Assembly (NCBI RefSeq): GCF_963921235.1
Contig: NC_086097.1
Span: 114,826,001-114,890,000, forward strand
Length of the DNA: 64,000 bases
From: Mobula hypostoma
Taxonomy: Eukaryota
Reading direction: 5' to 3'
A model generated the notes under the pieces. It was not told where the DNA came from. It was given only the letters and a program-made list of their open reading frames with translations, and ran no database searches. The first letter of the stretch is position 1, and each line of letters starts with the position of its first letter. Position numbers and translations under genes: made by a program. Positions 62,934 through 64,000 of the stretch are shown here, piece after piece.

Positions 62934-63500
62934 CAGGGGTCCCCAACCTTTTTTGCACCGCGGACCGGTTTAATATTGACAATATTCTTGCGACCAGCCG
63001 ATGGGGGTGGGGGGGGGTTGTTAATCACGATCGGAATGTAGGTGAAACTATGTCACTTATAAGTGGCTAATAATACACTCAATTTCGTTTCTAAAAGGGT
63101 TTATCTAATGAATTTAGTATTAAACACATAGTGCAAATTTTCCTCCCATGAACATAGTGATAAGTCAATTATAAGTCACTTATAAGTCAATAGCATCATA
63201 ACATTTTAAGTAACGTTTGGATATTAAACACACAGCACATACTTTCCTCATATGAACATATAAAATCATTGCAACAAACCAATATTGGTGAATCAGTGGG
63301 AGACTTAGGCTTGTTTCCCTGCAACAAGACGGTCCCATTGAGGGGTGATGGGAGACAGTGATACTCCAAAGGGATTCCTTATGTCCAGTCTATTCCGCAA
63401 TTTAGTTTTCGTTGCATTCATTGCAGAAAATCCTGCTTCACAGAGATACAATGTTGCAAATGGAAGCAACATTTTCGGTGCTTTCGTAGCTATCTCTGGA
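62934..63500. mobile_element. hAT/Charlie-like DNA transposon left end
   Basis: Begins CAGGGGTCCCCAACCTTTTT; right TIR not found. Confidence 0.6.
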
Positions 63501-63502
63501 TA

Positions 63503-63686
63503 TTCAACTCTGCTCTTAAACGCATCTCCCCCATTTCACGTACATCTGCTCTCACTCCATCCTCCCGCCACCCCATGAGGAATAGGGTTCCCCTGGTCCT
63601 CACCTATAACCCCACCAGCCTCCGGGTCTAACATGTTATTCTCCGTAACTTCCGCCACCTCCAACGGGATCCCACCACTAAGCACA
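63503..63686 (+). mobile_element. PLE internal fragment
   Basis: Near-identical to 56712-56893. Confidence 0.9.
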
Positions 63687-63694
63687 GCTTTCCC

Positions 63695-64000
63695 ATAAGA
63701 CCATAAGACCATAAGACAAAGGAGCAGAAGTAGACCATTCGGCCCATCGAGTCTGCTCCACCATTTTATCATGAGCTGATCCATTTTATCCTATTTAGTC
63801 CCACTGCCCCACCTTCTCACCATAACCTTTGATGCCCTGGCTACTCAGATACCTATCAATCTCTGCCTTAAATACACCCAATGACTTGGCCTCCACTGCT
63901 GCCCGTGGCAACAAATTCCATAGATTCACTACCCTCTGACTAAAAAAATTTCTTCGCATTTCTGTTCTGAAAGGGCGCCCTTCAATCCTGAAGTCATGCT
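63695..64000 (-). mobile_element. CR1 3' end, runs off the window
   Basis: (CCATAAGA)n tail and CR1 3' UTR hairpin region. Confidence 0.8.

Overview
Repeat-saturated vertebrate genomic DNA. The repeat mix (CR1, Rex/Babar, Neptune-type Penelope, V-domain SINEs) suggests a cartilaginous fish such as a ray; this is inference only. No host gene could be confidently identified. The window is a nested stack of mobile elements: a near-complete CR1 ORF2 (16.5-19.3 kb), a 5'-truncated L1-clade LINE inserted into a class III (ERV-S/ERV-L-like) retroviral relic (11.5-16.2 kb), two non-autonomous two-LTR Gypsy elements (33.3-37.1 kb and 45.2-49.7 kb), a near-full-length Penelope-like element (54.3-57.8 kb), solo LTRs, MITEs, SINEs and about ten Penelope-associated minimal hammerhead ribozyme motifs. 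Most striking observations: (1) the 33.3-37.1 kb Gypsy element has RNase H/integrase replaced by three intronless, non-contiguous pieces of sarcomeric myosin heavy chain rod (MYH16-like), in the same frame as protease, RT and the pol C-terminal tail; (2) the 45.2-49.7 kb element has a 42-nt PBS copying the whole 3' half of tRNA-Thr, next to a fossil LTR end with an older tRNA-Pro-like PBS; (3) the ERV-S/L-like relic. Family assignments come from remembered motifs; no database search was run.
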